From positions 108,087-172,086 of the forward strand of contig RDEW01000016.1 of the NCBI GenBank assembly GCA_011109175.1: 64,000 nt of DNA, written 5' to 3'. Shown in pieces: positions 1 to 12,500 of the stretch. Made by a program: the position numbers and the translations under genes. Source of the stretch: Dicyema japonicum (Eukaryota > Animalia > Dicyemida). How positions within the stretch are numbered: the first letter of the stretch is position 1; every line of letters starts with the position of its first letter. Below the pieces are notes generated by a model. The model was not told the origin of the DNA. It ran no database searches and saw only the letters and a list, made by a program, of their open reading frames with translations.

Positions 1-1069
1 ATTCGCTTTGATCTCTCGGCCTTAGGAGCACTTTTGTGTAGGTTCCATAAGACGTATATGTCAGTAAAGGTGTTCTCCTAAACAAGATGTTTAATGGATG
101 ATGTATATATCCCTTCTACCAATTCACTAAAATAATATGTCACGTGATACACAAAAACTTATTTCGGGGAAAAGAGACACGAGCATTTTCTTTCTGAACC
201 TTTTATACGAAAAATAATTTTTAAAGAATAACCAAAAATAAAGAAACTTAATCACACATGTCGAACCAAACATAGCAATGATTTTTGTCGCAAACTTTTT
301 AACGTTTTTAAACTTTCCAGGAATTTATTAAAAGAAAGTAGGTATCCGACCTACAAATATTTAGCTTTAAGTATAGAATCTGCAACTAAAACGATGGACA
401 TACGATAATAGGCGATATTGTCAGAACTTGAACAGCAAAGCAGTAACGTCAAAGTCGGTACCTAAAATTTGTCAAAAATCCAAAAGTCCCATCAATCTAT
501 CAGAGAATGTATACACGGAAATATCGGAGACTCGACTAAACTATTTGAGATCAAATGCACAGGTATGTTTTATAGAGATAATGACGTTGGCTATGAAAAA
601 GCAAAATACGCACGTTCCGGAATTTGTTCACCTACTTCTAGTAAAACCAATATGAAGTGTGAAAAATTATATTTATTACANTTGTCCAAAATCCAAAAGT
701 CCCATCAATATATCAGAGAAGGTATACACGGAAATATCGGAGACTCGACTAAACTATTTGAGATCAATTGCACACGTGGGTTTAAGGAGATGGTGACGTT
801 GGCTATGAAAAAGCAAAATAAGCACATTTCGGAATTTGTTCACCTACTTCTAGTAAAACCAATATGAAGTGTGAAAAATTATATTTATTACCTGTTATTT
901 CTAGGCGAGTTCTCACTCATCGACTAACATTGACAAAAATTTAAAAAATTCAAAATATTAACGAAAATTAATTTAATTGTAAAAAATCTTTTATTTTTAT
1001 CTAATTAGACAAGTCTTTGCTATTTTATTGAATAACATTGCCATCTTTGTTTTTCAATATTACCATTTC
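1..1069. repeat. Segmental repeat copy (block A), similar to 4790-5658; internal duplication at the single n at 681
   Basis: Near-identical text, e.g. attcgctttgatctctcg at 1 and 4790; both copies end in caatat(t/a)accatttc before the gap and at ~5655. Confidence 0.9.
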
Positions 1070-1693
1070 NNNNNNNNNNNNNNNNNNNNNNNNNNNNNNN
1101 NNNNNNNNNNNNNNNNNNNNNNNNNNNNNNNNNNNNNNNNNNNNNNNNNNNNNNNNNNNNNNNNNNNNNNNNNNNNNNNNNNNNNNNNNNNNNNNNNNNN
1201 NNNNNNNNNNNNNNNNNNNNNNNNNNNNNNNNNNNNNNNNNNNNNNNNNNNNNNNNNNNNNNNNNNNNNNNNNNNNNNNNNNNNNNNNNNNNNNNNNNNN
1301 NNNNNNNNNNNNNNNNNNNNNNNNNNNNNNNNNNNNNNNNNNNNNNNNNNNNNNNNNNNNNNNNNNNNNNNNNNNNNNNNNNNNNNNNNNNNNNNNNNNN
1401 NNNNNNNNNNNNNNNNNNNNNNNNNNNNNNNNNNNNNNNNNNNNNNNNNNNNNNNNNNNNNNNNNNNNNNNNNNNNNNNNNNNNNNNNNNNNNNNNNNNN
1501 NNNNNNNNNNNNNNNNNNNNNNNNNNNNNNNNNNNNNNNNNNNNNNNNNNNNNNNNNNNNNNNNNNNNNNNNNNNNNNNNNNNNNNNNNNNNNNNNNNNN
1601 NNNNNNNNNNNNNNNNNNNNNNNNNNNNNNNNNNNNNNNNNNNNNNNNNNNNNNNNNNNNNNNNNNNNNNNNNNNNNNNNNNNNNNNNNNNNN
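1070..1693. other. Assembly gap (N run)
   Basis: Continuous Ns. Confidence 1.
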
Positions 1694-2552
1694 TAGCCAC
1701 ATGGCTCGGTAGTTACGTCGTTTATTTGACGTCTTTGTATTCGTGGATTCTGACCTTATCTTTCTTAGACGTCTTATTTTCGTTTGGTCTCCATTATGGT
1801 CTCCAAATGCGAGAATATAGCAAAACTTACTAATTCCGTAGTCCAGACATGTGCCGTAAACCCTTATCTAAGTACATTTATCTTTTCATGGTAGTATGAA
1901 AAGATAGAATGTGTTGAGTTTAGGTGGATCTGCCATTAGATTTTAAAGAACTTTCTAATCAAATAGCCATATGTTTGCACACAACACCACGAAGCTATTA
2001 TCATGGTTATTTATTATTTATTAAACAAACCAAGACCACTGTGAAAACATAACTATCTTGTTATCCCATGCATTACATTATTATTTTTTTTTATAAATTT
2101 AATTTTATAATTATAAAAAAATGTTGCATCGGGATTATGTTAAAAGACATAAGAAGTCGTGAGGTGTTCACATTTCCACTTTTGCAAAGAGTTTGTTCTC
2201 AAAAACGAGAAGAAACTGAAAACTCATTCAGTGCANAAGACCACTGTGAAAACCAAACTATCACGTTATCCCATGCATTACATTATTATTTTTTTTATAA
2301 ATTTAATTTTATAATTGTAAAAAAATGTTGCATGGGGATTATGTTAAAAGACATAAGAAATCTTGAGGTGTTCACATTTACACTTTTGCAAAGAGTTTGT
2401 TCTCAAAAACGAGAAGAAACTGAAAACTCACTAGTGCAATCCATTTAAATGATTGACTCAGTTGACACTTTATCAAATTGGATATAATTATTGAGCATAA
2501 CAAGACAAACCTGTTCATTTATAATAACTGGAGAAACAATATTATCTTGGTC
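1694..2552. repeat. Segmental repeat copy (block B), similar to 6684-7494
   Basis: tagcca(c/t)atggctc...agttacgtcg...caatattatcttg shared by both copies; local duplications at 2034-2430 and 6718-7032. Confidence 0.9.
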
Positions 2553-2723
2553 TAAGTGACAATAACATCTTCCCAAAATCTACAGCAGGTGGAATGCAAA
2601 AAGCTAAGGAAGTATGACGTTCTTTCCTAAGAGCTTGAGTTGATACATTACCCAAAGGTCATGATTGACCCGATTGTACTCATTTGAGATGGTTTAGTGA
2701 CTTCACATTCGTGGACCATTACC

Positions 2724-2978
2724 AGCTAAAAAAGTTGGCTTTTATGGTATTTAAAAGAAAAAATCAAACGATGGTCGTAAAGCAGTCGCCCACACTGCAT
2801 AGTTAATCCCTCACAAAATGGCTGCGAGAATCATTCAAATAGCGAAAAGCTTTCATGGAAATCTCCTGGTATGTAAATATCATATTCCTCAGAATCACTG
2901 GAATTAAAAAGTCAAAGGTACGATGGAATCTGATGTTTTAACTGCAAGTGGAACAAAAAAAACATCCTCGGGTAGGAC
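2724..2978. repeat. Direct repeat (block C) upstream of the cathepsin, paired with 4538-4789
   Basis: cagctaaaaaag...aaaatcaaacgatggtcgtaaag...gggtagga present on both sides of the cathepsin gene. Confidence 0.85.
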
Positions 2979-3186
2979 TTTGTTTTCAAGAGAAAAGTGT
3001 GAGCGAAGAAAAAGAGTGTACAATTGTGTATACTCCCATTGTTACTTGATGAGGAAACGAATTGGATAGATAACATTTTAATTAGAATTAATTTTTTTGA
3101 TAAAATAAATTTTTTTGTTGTAAAAAAAATTAAAATAATATATTTGATAATTACTTTTTTAAATAAAATATACATAATTAATTAAA

Positions 3187-4356
3187 ATGATTGGCCTGAT
3201 TATATTTACTTGCCCATTATTTTTTACTTACTTTATTTCGTCATCAATCCATTTCAAATATGAATCAATCAATGATTTCATCAAAGAGGATGAATATTAT
3301 GAAATCCAATGGAATAATTTCATGGAACAATATAGTTAAATTAAAATTCACTTTAGATAAATCATATTCAGGGTTGGAATACTATGTCAGAAAGGCTATT
3401 TTTACAGAACAGCTAAGATTTATTAACAATCACAATTTACTTTCAAAGCAGGGCATAGTTACGTTTGATTTAGGAATTAATGAGTTTGCTGACATGGTTA
3501 AATTACATTATATTTTCGTAGACAAGAAATGAAATTATCAAACCTACCAAATTATCTGGTTCGTATATTTCTTATGAATCGTACGAAAATGAATTACTTG
3601 AGGATTATACAGTGCATGTAAATGAAATGAGATATCCTTTAAATTTTGATTGGAGAAAGCGAAACTTTGTTACTAGAATAAAATCTCAGAGACATGGATG
3701 CGGCGCATGCTATGCATTTGGCGCTGTTAACGACTGCATAATGTATTTAGTTGGCGACGCTGGAGTCGCATTTTGCAATCAAACACAATATTCATGTATC
3801 CATGAGCGAACAAAACATTATTGACTGTTCAAAAAATCTTGGATGCAAAGGAGGAACTGCAGAACAAGTCTATAAATACGTAATGAAAAACGGAGGAATT
3901 AATTCTGAAAAGCGATATCCATATAGGGCTAAGGTATTTTTGCAAATAATTACATAGGAGGGTAAATGCAAGTATGAGGGAAAACCGAATATTAAATTTA
4001 ATTTGATTGGTTATAAAAGAATTAAAAATGGTGATGAAAAAATGCTTATGCATGTTCTCGTGAAGGTCGGTCCTGTTACTGTTGATTTTTATTCTACCTC
4101 CCGATTCTTTCAAGTTTATCATCGAGGTAAATATAAATGAAACATTTAAGGAATATTCAATATCAAAAATTGTTCCTATTTTAGAACTACACATGTAATG
4201 TCTGTTGTCGGTTATGGAATTTTAAAGGGGGGAAAGTATTGGCTTATAAAAAATGGATGGGGAAAAAAATGGGGAAGTCATGGATACTTGAAACTGGAAC
4301 GTGGAAAGAATAACTGCAACTTTCCTACACATGGTATTTATCCTATAATCAAATAA
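3187..4356 (+). CDS. Cathepsin L-like papain-family (C1A) cysteine protease, preproenzyme, 4 micro-introns
   Basis: ATG 3187 gives a hydrophobic signal peptide (MIGLIIFTCPLFFTYFISS). After a 22-nt intron (3335-3356) comes the I29 prodomain QWNNFMEQYNKSY..EYYVRKAIFTEQLRFINNHN..GINEFADM. Mature part: FDWR, QRHGCGACYAF (Cys), SEQNIIDCS, GCKGG, THVMSVVGYG (His), YWLIKNGWG (Asn). Other introns are 25, 25 and 24 nt; TAA at 4354-4356. Confidence 0.93.
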
Positions 4357-4537
4357 TTTGACCTTCATATTAGTTTACTTTTGGGTTTAAGTAATTAAAT
4401 GGTTTAAATAATTTATTGAGTTACTCATGAATTTATTTAATAATTAAATGAGTGTTCTTACCAGCTTAAATCATGAAAAGTCCGTCTCAATTTTCAGAAG
4501 AACTGGGTATTAGGATCACGTATGTGCTCCAACGTCA

Positions 4538-7494
4538 GCTAAAAAAGGTGGCTTTTTATGGTAATTATAAGAAAAAATCAAACGATGGTCGTAAAGTAGC
4601 CGCCCTCACTGCATAGCTTTTCCTCACAAATGGTTGCAAGAATCATTCAAATAGCGGAAAGCTTTCATGGAAATCTCCTGGGATGTAAATATCAGATTCC
4701 CCATAATCCATGTAATTAAAACGTCAAAGGTGCGATGGAAGTGGATGTTTTAACTGCAAGTGGAACAAAAAAAACATCATCGGGTAGGAATTCGCTTTGA
4801 TCTCTCGTCCTTAGAAGCACTTTTGTGTCGGTTCCATAGGACGTATATGTCGGTAAAGGTGTTCTCCCAGACAAGAGGTTTACTGGATGATGTAAATATC
4901 CCTTCTACCCATTCACTTAAATAATAAGTCACGTGATACACAAAAACTTATTTCGGGGAAAAGAGACACGAGCTTTTTCTTTCCGAACCTTTTATACGAA
5001 AAATAATTTTATAAAGAATAATCAAAAATAAAGAAACTTAATCACATATGTTGAACCAAACATAGCAATGATTTTTGTCGCAAACTTTTTAAAGTTTATA
5101 AACTTTCCAGGAATTTATGAAAAGAAAGTAAGGTATCACAACCTCCAAATAATTAGCTTTAAGTATAGAATCTGCAATTAAAACGATGGACATACGATAA
5201 TAGGCGATATTGTGAGAACTTGAACAGAAAAGCAGTAAGGTCAAAGTCGGCACCTAAAATTTGTCCAAAATCCAAAAGTCCCATCAATATATCAGAGAAG
5301 GTATACACGGAAATATCGGAGATTATGTTTCGACTAAACTATTTGAGATCAAATGCACAGGTATGTTTAATAGAGATGGTGACGTTGGCTATGAAAAAGC
5401 AAAATACGCACGTTCCGGAATTTGTTCACCTACTTCTAGTAAACCCAATATGAAGTGTGAAAAATTATATTTATTACATGTTATTTCTAGGCGAGTTATC
5501 CATCATCGACTAACATTGACAAAAATTTTAAGAAATTCAAAATATTAAGAAAAAATTAATTTAAATCGTAAAAATCATTTATATTTATCGAATTAGACAA
5601 GTCTCTGCTATTTTATTGAATAACATTACCATCTTTGTTTTTCAATATAACCATTTCGGTTGGAAGAGATTGCTTTGACGTATTAAATACAGATATTCAT
5701 ATTTCATTCAGTGTTACTTATCGAGTTTCATTCAGAGCATGTTTTACATATCTGACCAGGAAATTCTAAAATATTTTAAAAAATATTTGATTTGCATAAA
5801 TTTTTTTAAATTTAATACATTCTGATTTATTGGAATAACCTTTAGCGGATTATTGAAAACAACTTTGTAGAAAAGTTTCATAAGTACGATTTATAGGTCA
5901 GAGAGCTCAAACTATTATGATCAGTTCGTCAATCCACAATGTGTTATGCCAGAATGAGTTTTTCTGTGTTGAGTCAAATTGAGACACAGGCTCCACTCCT
6001 GGCGGTGTCCATATGTCAATTCGTTTAAGTTTCAGCTTAGCAAACCATACTGGCCCCAGAGCACAAAGAAATTGGTTTCCCAGAAGCAACCCACTAATGT
6101 ACTAATACTTGTTAGCTAAGAACTAGTTTGACGTTTATGTTTGAAATACGACGTTTTCTTATCAGCTTCGATGCTCTACTTTCGTTCTTGGTTGATGAAA
6201 ACATCACTTTATCTCAGCAAGACATTCCATTATGAACCTGAATATAATGGAACACGTATAGCCAATAAAATCAATGTTCAATAATCATTTAATTCCGTTC
6301 ATAACCATATATCGTGATAAATTATCATTTCAAACCAAACCATTGCTACCAATTATTATCAGCATTGATCACATCAGCAATCAGTTCGATTCAATCACAT
6401 CCAGCTATTACGACCACAGTGAATGCAGTTGAATTATGCTTCAACCGAAGATCTCGACTATTTGCGCAATATAAGTGGATTTGAATTAGTTTTGTCAATT
6501 TACTTGAGAGATTGATAGCAAATCTCGTCAAGGTTCTGAGATCCTCAGGAGCGTCTTTGATTCCGTGAACGCCTCTGTATTGCACTTGAAATAGATGTGT
6601 ATTTTCAATGCCGGCTAGGATAGGGCGTCTCCTGAGTAATGTTAATCCAATGACGTCACCAAAAGGTAAAATCTTCAATAAGGTAGCCATATGGCTCATT
6701 AGTTACGTCGATTATTTGACGTCTTTGTATTACTGGTTTCTGACCTTATCTTTCTTAGACGTCTGATTTTCGTTTGGTCTCCATTATGGTCTCCAAATGC
6801 GAGAATATAGCAAAACTTACTAATTCCGTAGTCCAGACATGTGCCGTAAACCCTTATCTAAGTACATTTATCCTNCGACGTCTTTGTATTACTGGTTTCT
6901 GACCTTATCTTTCTTAGACGTCTGATTTTCGTTTGGTCTCAATTAATGCCTCATAGATGAGAATATAGCAAAACTTACTAATTCCGTAGTCCAGACATGT
7001 GCCGTAAACCCTTATCTAAGTACATTTATCCTTTCATGGTAGTATGAAAAGATAGAACGTGTTGAGTTAGGTGGTTCTGCTACTAGATGTTAAAAAACTT
7101 TCTAATCAAATAGCCACATGTTTGCACACAACATCACGAAGCTATTATCATGGTTATTTATTATTTATTAAACAACCCAAGACCACTGTGAAAACCAAAC
7201 TATCTCGTTATCCCATGCATTACATTATTATTTTTTTTATAAATTTAATTTTATAATTGTAAAAAAATGTTGCATCGGGATTATGTTAAAAGACATAACG
7301 AAGTCGTGAGGTGTTCACATTTACACTTTTGCATAGAGTTTGGTCTCAAAAACGAGAAGAAACTGAAAACTCATTCAGTGCAATCCATTGAAATGATTGA
7401 CTCAGTTGACATTTTATCAAATTGGATATAATTATTGAGCATAACAAGACAAACCTGTTCATTTATAATAAATAGAGAAACAATATTATCTTGT
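4538..7494. repeat. Second copy of the ~3 kb repeat unit (blocks C-A-E-B)
   Basis: Collinear matches to 2724-2978, 1-1069 and 1694-2552. Confidence 0.85.
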
Positions 7495-8250
7495 NNNNNN
7501 NNNNNNNNNNNNNNNNNNNNNNNNNNNNNNNNNNNNNNNNNNNNNNNNNNNNNNNNNNNNNNNNNNNNNNNNNNNNNNNNNNNNNNNNNNNNNNNNNNNN
7601 NNNNNNNNNNNNNNNNNNNNNNNNNNNNNNNNNNNNNNNNNNNNNNNNNNNNNNNNNNNNNNNNNNNNNNNNNNNNNNNNNNNNNNNNNNNNNNNNNNNN
7701 NNNNNNNNNNNNNNNNNNNNNNNNNNNNNNNNNNNNNNNNNNNNNNNNNNNNNNNNNNNNNNNNNNNNNNNNNNNNNNNNNNNNNNNNNNNNNNNNNNNN
7801 NNNNNNNNNNNNNNNNNNNNNNNNNNNNNNNNNNNNNNNNNNNNNNNNNNNNNNNNNNNNNNNNNNNNNNNNNNNNNNNNNNNNNNNNNNNNNNNNNNNN
7901 NNNNNNNNNNNNNNNNNNNNNNNNNNNNNNNNNNNNNNNNNNNNNNNNNNNNNNNNNNNNNNNNNNNNNNNNNNNNNNNNNNNNNNNNNNNNNNNNNNNN
8001 NNNNNNNNNNNNNNNNNNNNNNNNNNNNNNNNNNNNNNNNNNNNNNNNNNNNNNNNNNNNNNNNNNNNNNNNNNNNNNNNNNNNNNNNNNNNNNNNNNNN
8101 NNNNNNNNNNNNNNNNNNNNNNNNNNNNNNNNNNNNNNNNNNNNNNNNNNNNNNNNNNNNNNNNNNNNNNNNNNNNNNNNNNNNNNNNNNNNNNNNNNNN
8201 NNNNNNNNNNNNNNNNNNNNNNNNNNNNNNNNNNNNNNNNNNNNNNNNNT
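7495..8250. other. Assembly gap (N run)
   Basis: Continuous Ns. Confidence 1.
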
Positions 8251-8251
8251 G

Positions 8252-8530
8252 TCAAGGCACAATCATAGTGTTTTTGGAGCGATCGAGGGTGTTTCGACTT
8301 CAATCAAATCTCTGGATTCCTCGTATTACTTGTGTACTGGATTCGATGTCTACTGCTGTCATGAGCCGTGCATAATGTGTGCTATGGCGTTGTTGCACAG
8401 TCGTGTGGGAAGAGTATTCTACATTCATCCATCCCCTAATGGTGCCCTTGGATCAAAATATTTTCTTCATCGTACTCCCGACTGCCTAAATCATCACTTT
8501 GATGTGTATCGGATTAATTTTGTGACTTAA
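8252..8530 (+). CDS. ADAT3: tRNA adenosine-34 deaminase non-catalytic subunit (ADAT3/Tad3), 3' part; 5' end lies in the gap
   Basis: Frame from 8252: [13 protein letters not shown]...[32 protein letters not shown]...[10 protein letters not shown]...[10 protein letters not shown]. The PCxMC motif plus HxV in place of HAE is typical of ADAT3. Confidence 0.88.
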   Translation, partial: SRHNHSVFGAIEGVSTSIKSLDSSYYLCTGFDVYCCHEPCIMCAMALLHSRVGRVFYIHPSPNGALGSKYFLHRTPDCLNHHFDVYRINFVT

Positions 8531-8743
8531 CTACGAAATGAGGCATTTTTTTTAATTTTAGAATATTTTATTTTTTTTGAACAACAGAAAAATTTTAATA
8601 AAATCAATGTGGATTTTTTTTGAGTCTTTACTTTTATATTGAGGTGTGCTCTGAATAACAGAAGTCTATGTGCTGGAAATGTAAATACTCCACGACGGAA
8701 TGGTTAATTGGATTTTAAATTTTTTATAATCGCTAAAAACAAA

Positions 8744-9410
8744 TCAGACTACAGCTATAGTGGGCATTGCATCCGACGATAACGCTTCCAGTAGATTTAT
8801 CTCTGTTCGGTGGTTTTTCTGAGTCGCAATTGCATCATCAATTTCATTGATGCCACCGTTATTAATTCTTCCAACTCCCCCAGAGGTTTCAAGAGCCATG
8901 CAGGTGAAACGAAAGCCATCTTCTAGGACTGAGAACTTATTCAATAATTTAAATAATCAAGAAATTTGTTATTAATAAGAATGATAGCCCTTGTTATTTC
9001 CCAAAATAGACTTGTCCATTTTCCTCCAAGTTTTTCACCAAACGAGACAGTCTATAATACGCTTGTGCGTTATGAAATTTAGTACATCTAGTGTTTCCTA
9101 AAGTATAATTTATTCATCCACTCAANCATCCTCTAGGACTGAGAACTTATTCAATAATTTAAATAATCAAGAAATCCCTTAATAATAAGAATGATAGCCC
9201 TTGTTATTTCCCAAAATAGACTTGTCCATTTTCCTCCAAATTTTTCACCAAACGAGACAGTCTATAATACGCTTGTGCGTTATGAAATTTAGTACATCTA
9301 GTGTTTCCTAAAGTATAATTTATTCATCCACTCAAGGAGAGAAGGAAGCATCATACAGATCATGAAGAACTTAAGATATTATTGCAATAGGCGCACTTCG
9401 CCACCTGATC
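8744..9410 (-). CDS. Unresolved small coding-like locus (probably multi-exon)
   Basis: 66-aa open terminal frame (FTCMALETSGGVG...HRTEINLLEAL) and several GT..AG micro-intron-like stretches between AT-rich spacers. No consistent gene model or family found; artefactual duplication at n 9126. Confidence 0.3.
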
Positions 9411-9561
9411 ATTGAAAAAATTTCTTAACTCACAAGATTTATTTAATTTTTTATTTTTTTTTAATTTAAATTTTTTTAAAAACCTTTATACACATTAACT
9501 AAAGAATTTAATAAAATCGTAAAAATCAAATTAACAAATTTAAATTTCACAATACAAAACA

Positions 9562-12500
9562 CTAATAAACTCCAATCCCACGAAGATAACCAACAACATG
9601 TTCACGCTTGGCCGACGGACACGCCTCAATTAAAGAATTCAACTAAAATAACACAAAATATTACAATGGCGATATTCTGCGCAGCAAATTTCTTCAAACA
9701 CTGGGCGAACATTTCTTCACAATCAGCACTAGCAAGTGGATCGATGATACTCGTACCAGCAGAGGTCAAAATCGACATGGAAATTTTTAAATTTTCTATG
9801 TTAAACCACCAACCAACCTTCTTGTCGCTGAACATGCTCAGTTCTGTTGACAAAGAATTGGAGTTTCTTATCCAAAGCGGCATCCGGACGTATTATATAA
9901 ACTGAATTAACGAAAAATGAACTCCTTGGATAACAAACGAGGACAACCAATAAGTGAGGTATCTTTTGTCGGAATATAACTCGAGAGTGTCGAACAGAAG
10001 TCTGGAAAGGCCCGCAAAATATATTTTCTTTTCAACCTCATCAGAGAAGGTGACAAACCGTGAGTACAAATGCTTAGCGAAAAAATCAAGAGGCCTACAA
10101 CAAAAAACGCAATCTACTGCTGTTGGCCGCTCTTTTGAAGAAGAGTCACAACGTAGGAGGGTCCAAGAATCACAAACAGGGTGAAAATAAAATGCCTAAA
10201 GACTACACATAACACACACGACTACTTCTTTTGTAAGTCAATATTTTAGTCTGCATAAAGCGGTCAATCAGGGATTTGAAGAGTTTCTCAAACAGCAGGA
10301 GACAGTCGCTAGAAATTAGTAAAGGGGTAACTTTGGGCACGAAATGAGCAAGGATGTGAACAAAGAGAACTCGTGTCTCTCATAGCCACACATTTTGATT
10401 GGCTTGTAGGCAATTTCAAACAGATCCTCCTGTTATAAAAGCGAGACATGGAAACCATTGGGACACAGGAAAGCAGAAATTCCGGATGAATGCACAAATA
10501 CGCCTTTATAATGCGGAAGAAGGAGGAGATCAGATCAGTGGAGTCAATCAGAGAACTTTTAACAAGAAAAGGAAGGAAATTCCGATAAACTTCAGAGAGA
10601 CTTCCAACGGGATGCTGTTCGATCAAAATTGCCATAATTTGGATTGCGTAAGGTTGGAGATCTGAGAAATAAAGGCAACCAAACCCGAAATATCGCCGGA
10701 AAATATCTTTTCGAAATTTTGTAAACAAAAATTGTTGTAGTGATTCAGCGCTGCAGAATTACAGGTACATTCAGCCACCAAAACCTTGCAGAAAACTTCA
10801 AAGAAATAGTGGATAAACATCGATTTAGAAGGATTCTGTATTATTAACACAAAATGCTCACAGAAATGATAACCGGCAGCTTGTCTCGAAAGTACACTCG
10901 AATGATTTCCAAATATCGAAAAGTATAGCTTTTCGTGGCCTCCGATACTCGCATCAAACCTGAAAGGATAAAACCAAGGACAACTCTTGATCGCATAAAT
11001 ATTGTCGTCAAGGTTGGGGTTACTGAGGACATTTAGGATGGCCGGGTAATAGGCGTTCAGATAAATCATATTGTTAGCCTCCAGCTGTCTAGGGACATTT
11101 GGCAAGGAAAACACTTAGAAGTCGCCGCAAAGTCATTGATTGAAAGATAGCTGTCAATCAGAATCGAAGCATAGGAGTGCACAACAACGACGGGGGACCG
11201 CAGGAACATGACAGCCTTGTCAAGAATCGCACACTTTTCTTGGCCATTGAACTAGAATGTTTATAAATGAGGAAAACCGTGTTTTTAAAGCTAATGAGGT
11301 ATCTCAGGACGTCTACCTTGATGAAGGCGTACTCACGAACAGTTAACTCGGCCTCGTCTAAAGGTGTTAAACAACAAAGACTTATATTGACCTCATTTTG
11401 AATTTTGGAGACAAAAAATGATTTGGGGTTGATAGATGACGTGTGACCAGGAATCTACGATGACCATGAAGCGAACGTTTGACTTCCTGGAGGCCAATGA
11501 AGTTACAAGGAGCATTGCAGCGTCCATCAACTTCCAATTTTCGAGCCGATTAGAACTGTATTTCTGGGGAATTAAAAATGGGAGAACCTCAAACAACTGA
11601 TCTAGAAAGCCAGAAAATATGTTGATGACACGAGGTTCGTCGATCTGACAAAAAAGACTTAAAAGCTGCATCGCAGTCTTTCGGCGTGTCTTGAAATCTA
11701 TTTAACAGTAAAGGGGGTAACTACAGGATTCCTCGAGGTCTCGTTCAATGTAATCGAACGGATCTTCGAAAAATAGCCTACAATCGGCGTCTGAGAGTTA
11801 AAGACAGGCAAACCATTCAGCTGAATGGAAGGTATGATAATGTCCCTACAGATGGATTCCATAATTCCCTGGTTTTTATAAAAAGTAGCGTGGGAGTCCT
11901 GGCAGAAAGAGCACAGGTAATTCAATGCGCTTGAAGCCAACTGGGAGTTAGGTGAGAATATACAGAGTCGTACTGCTGCTCAGATGGGAGCGGGAGAAGC
12001 AGTTTACAAACCAGCTGGGCAAATGGTTCAATGTAAGTCGAGTACTCATCTTCATAACGCGACGAATACAGTTGGATGCAGTCACACACGTGCTTCTGAA
12101 GTTTTGATAGCAGAGTACGAATATTCTACAACACAGAGAATGACTCTACGTTTGGTGCCGAGACAACCTCACTTGATAGGAGTGCGGCGAACCCACTCAT
12201 CCAAACAGACATGTTATTTTCAAAAAACTCAGGAATATCCTAAAATAGACGAACAGAGAACTTGAAAGTTTAGACTATAGAACATCTTGGCTGAAAGTAT
12301 TAAAGTCGAATAAATATCAGTTTTACTAGGATCACTATCACTGATGTTGGAAAGTTGCTGACACAAACTCTAGGAATTAGAAAATAATGGGAAATGGTAG
12401 ATATCAGTCATAAGGATTACTTAGGTAACTAAAAGCACCTCCGCATTTCCCACATGCATATGAATACTTTAGACTTCGCTATACCGCAACCCCTACTATT

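Noticed and set aside
470-890. ~200-bp tandem duplication around the single n at 681 (similar cases at n 2236, 9126 and 62208)
   Set aside because: A duplication starting exactly at a single-n junction is the signature of unmerged contig overlaps or haplotypes, so it is probably not biological.
1020-1712. Long ORFs listed across the first N run
   Set aside because: Artefacts of translating Ns.
4800-4860. YGTDTKVLL as an immunoglobulin J-like motif
   Set aside because: Too short, not conserved between copies, and no Ig cysteine/tryptophan framework.
7371-8375. Long ORFs listed across the second N run
   Set aside because: Artefacts of translating Ns.
9666-10665. Plus-strand ORFs (79, 76 and 88 aa)
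   Set aside because: Antisense shadows of CSE1L exons.
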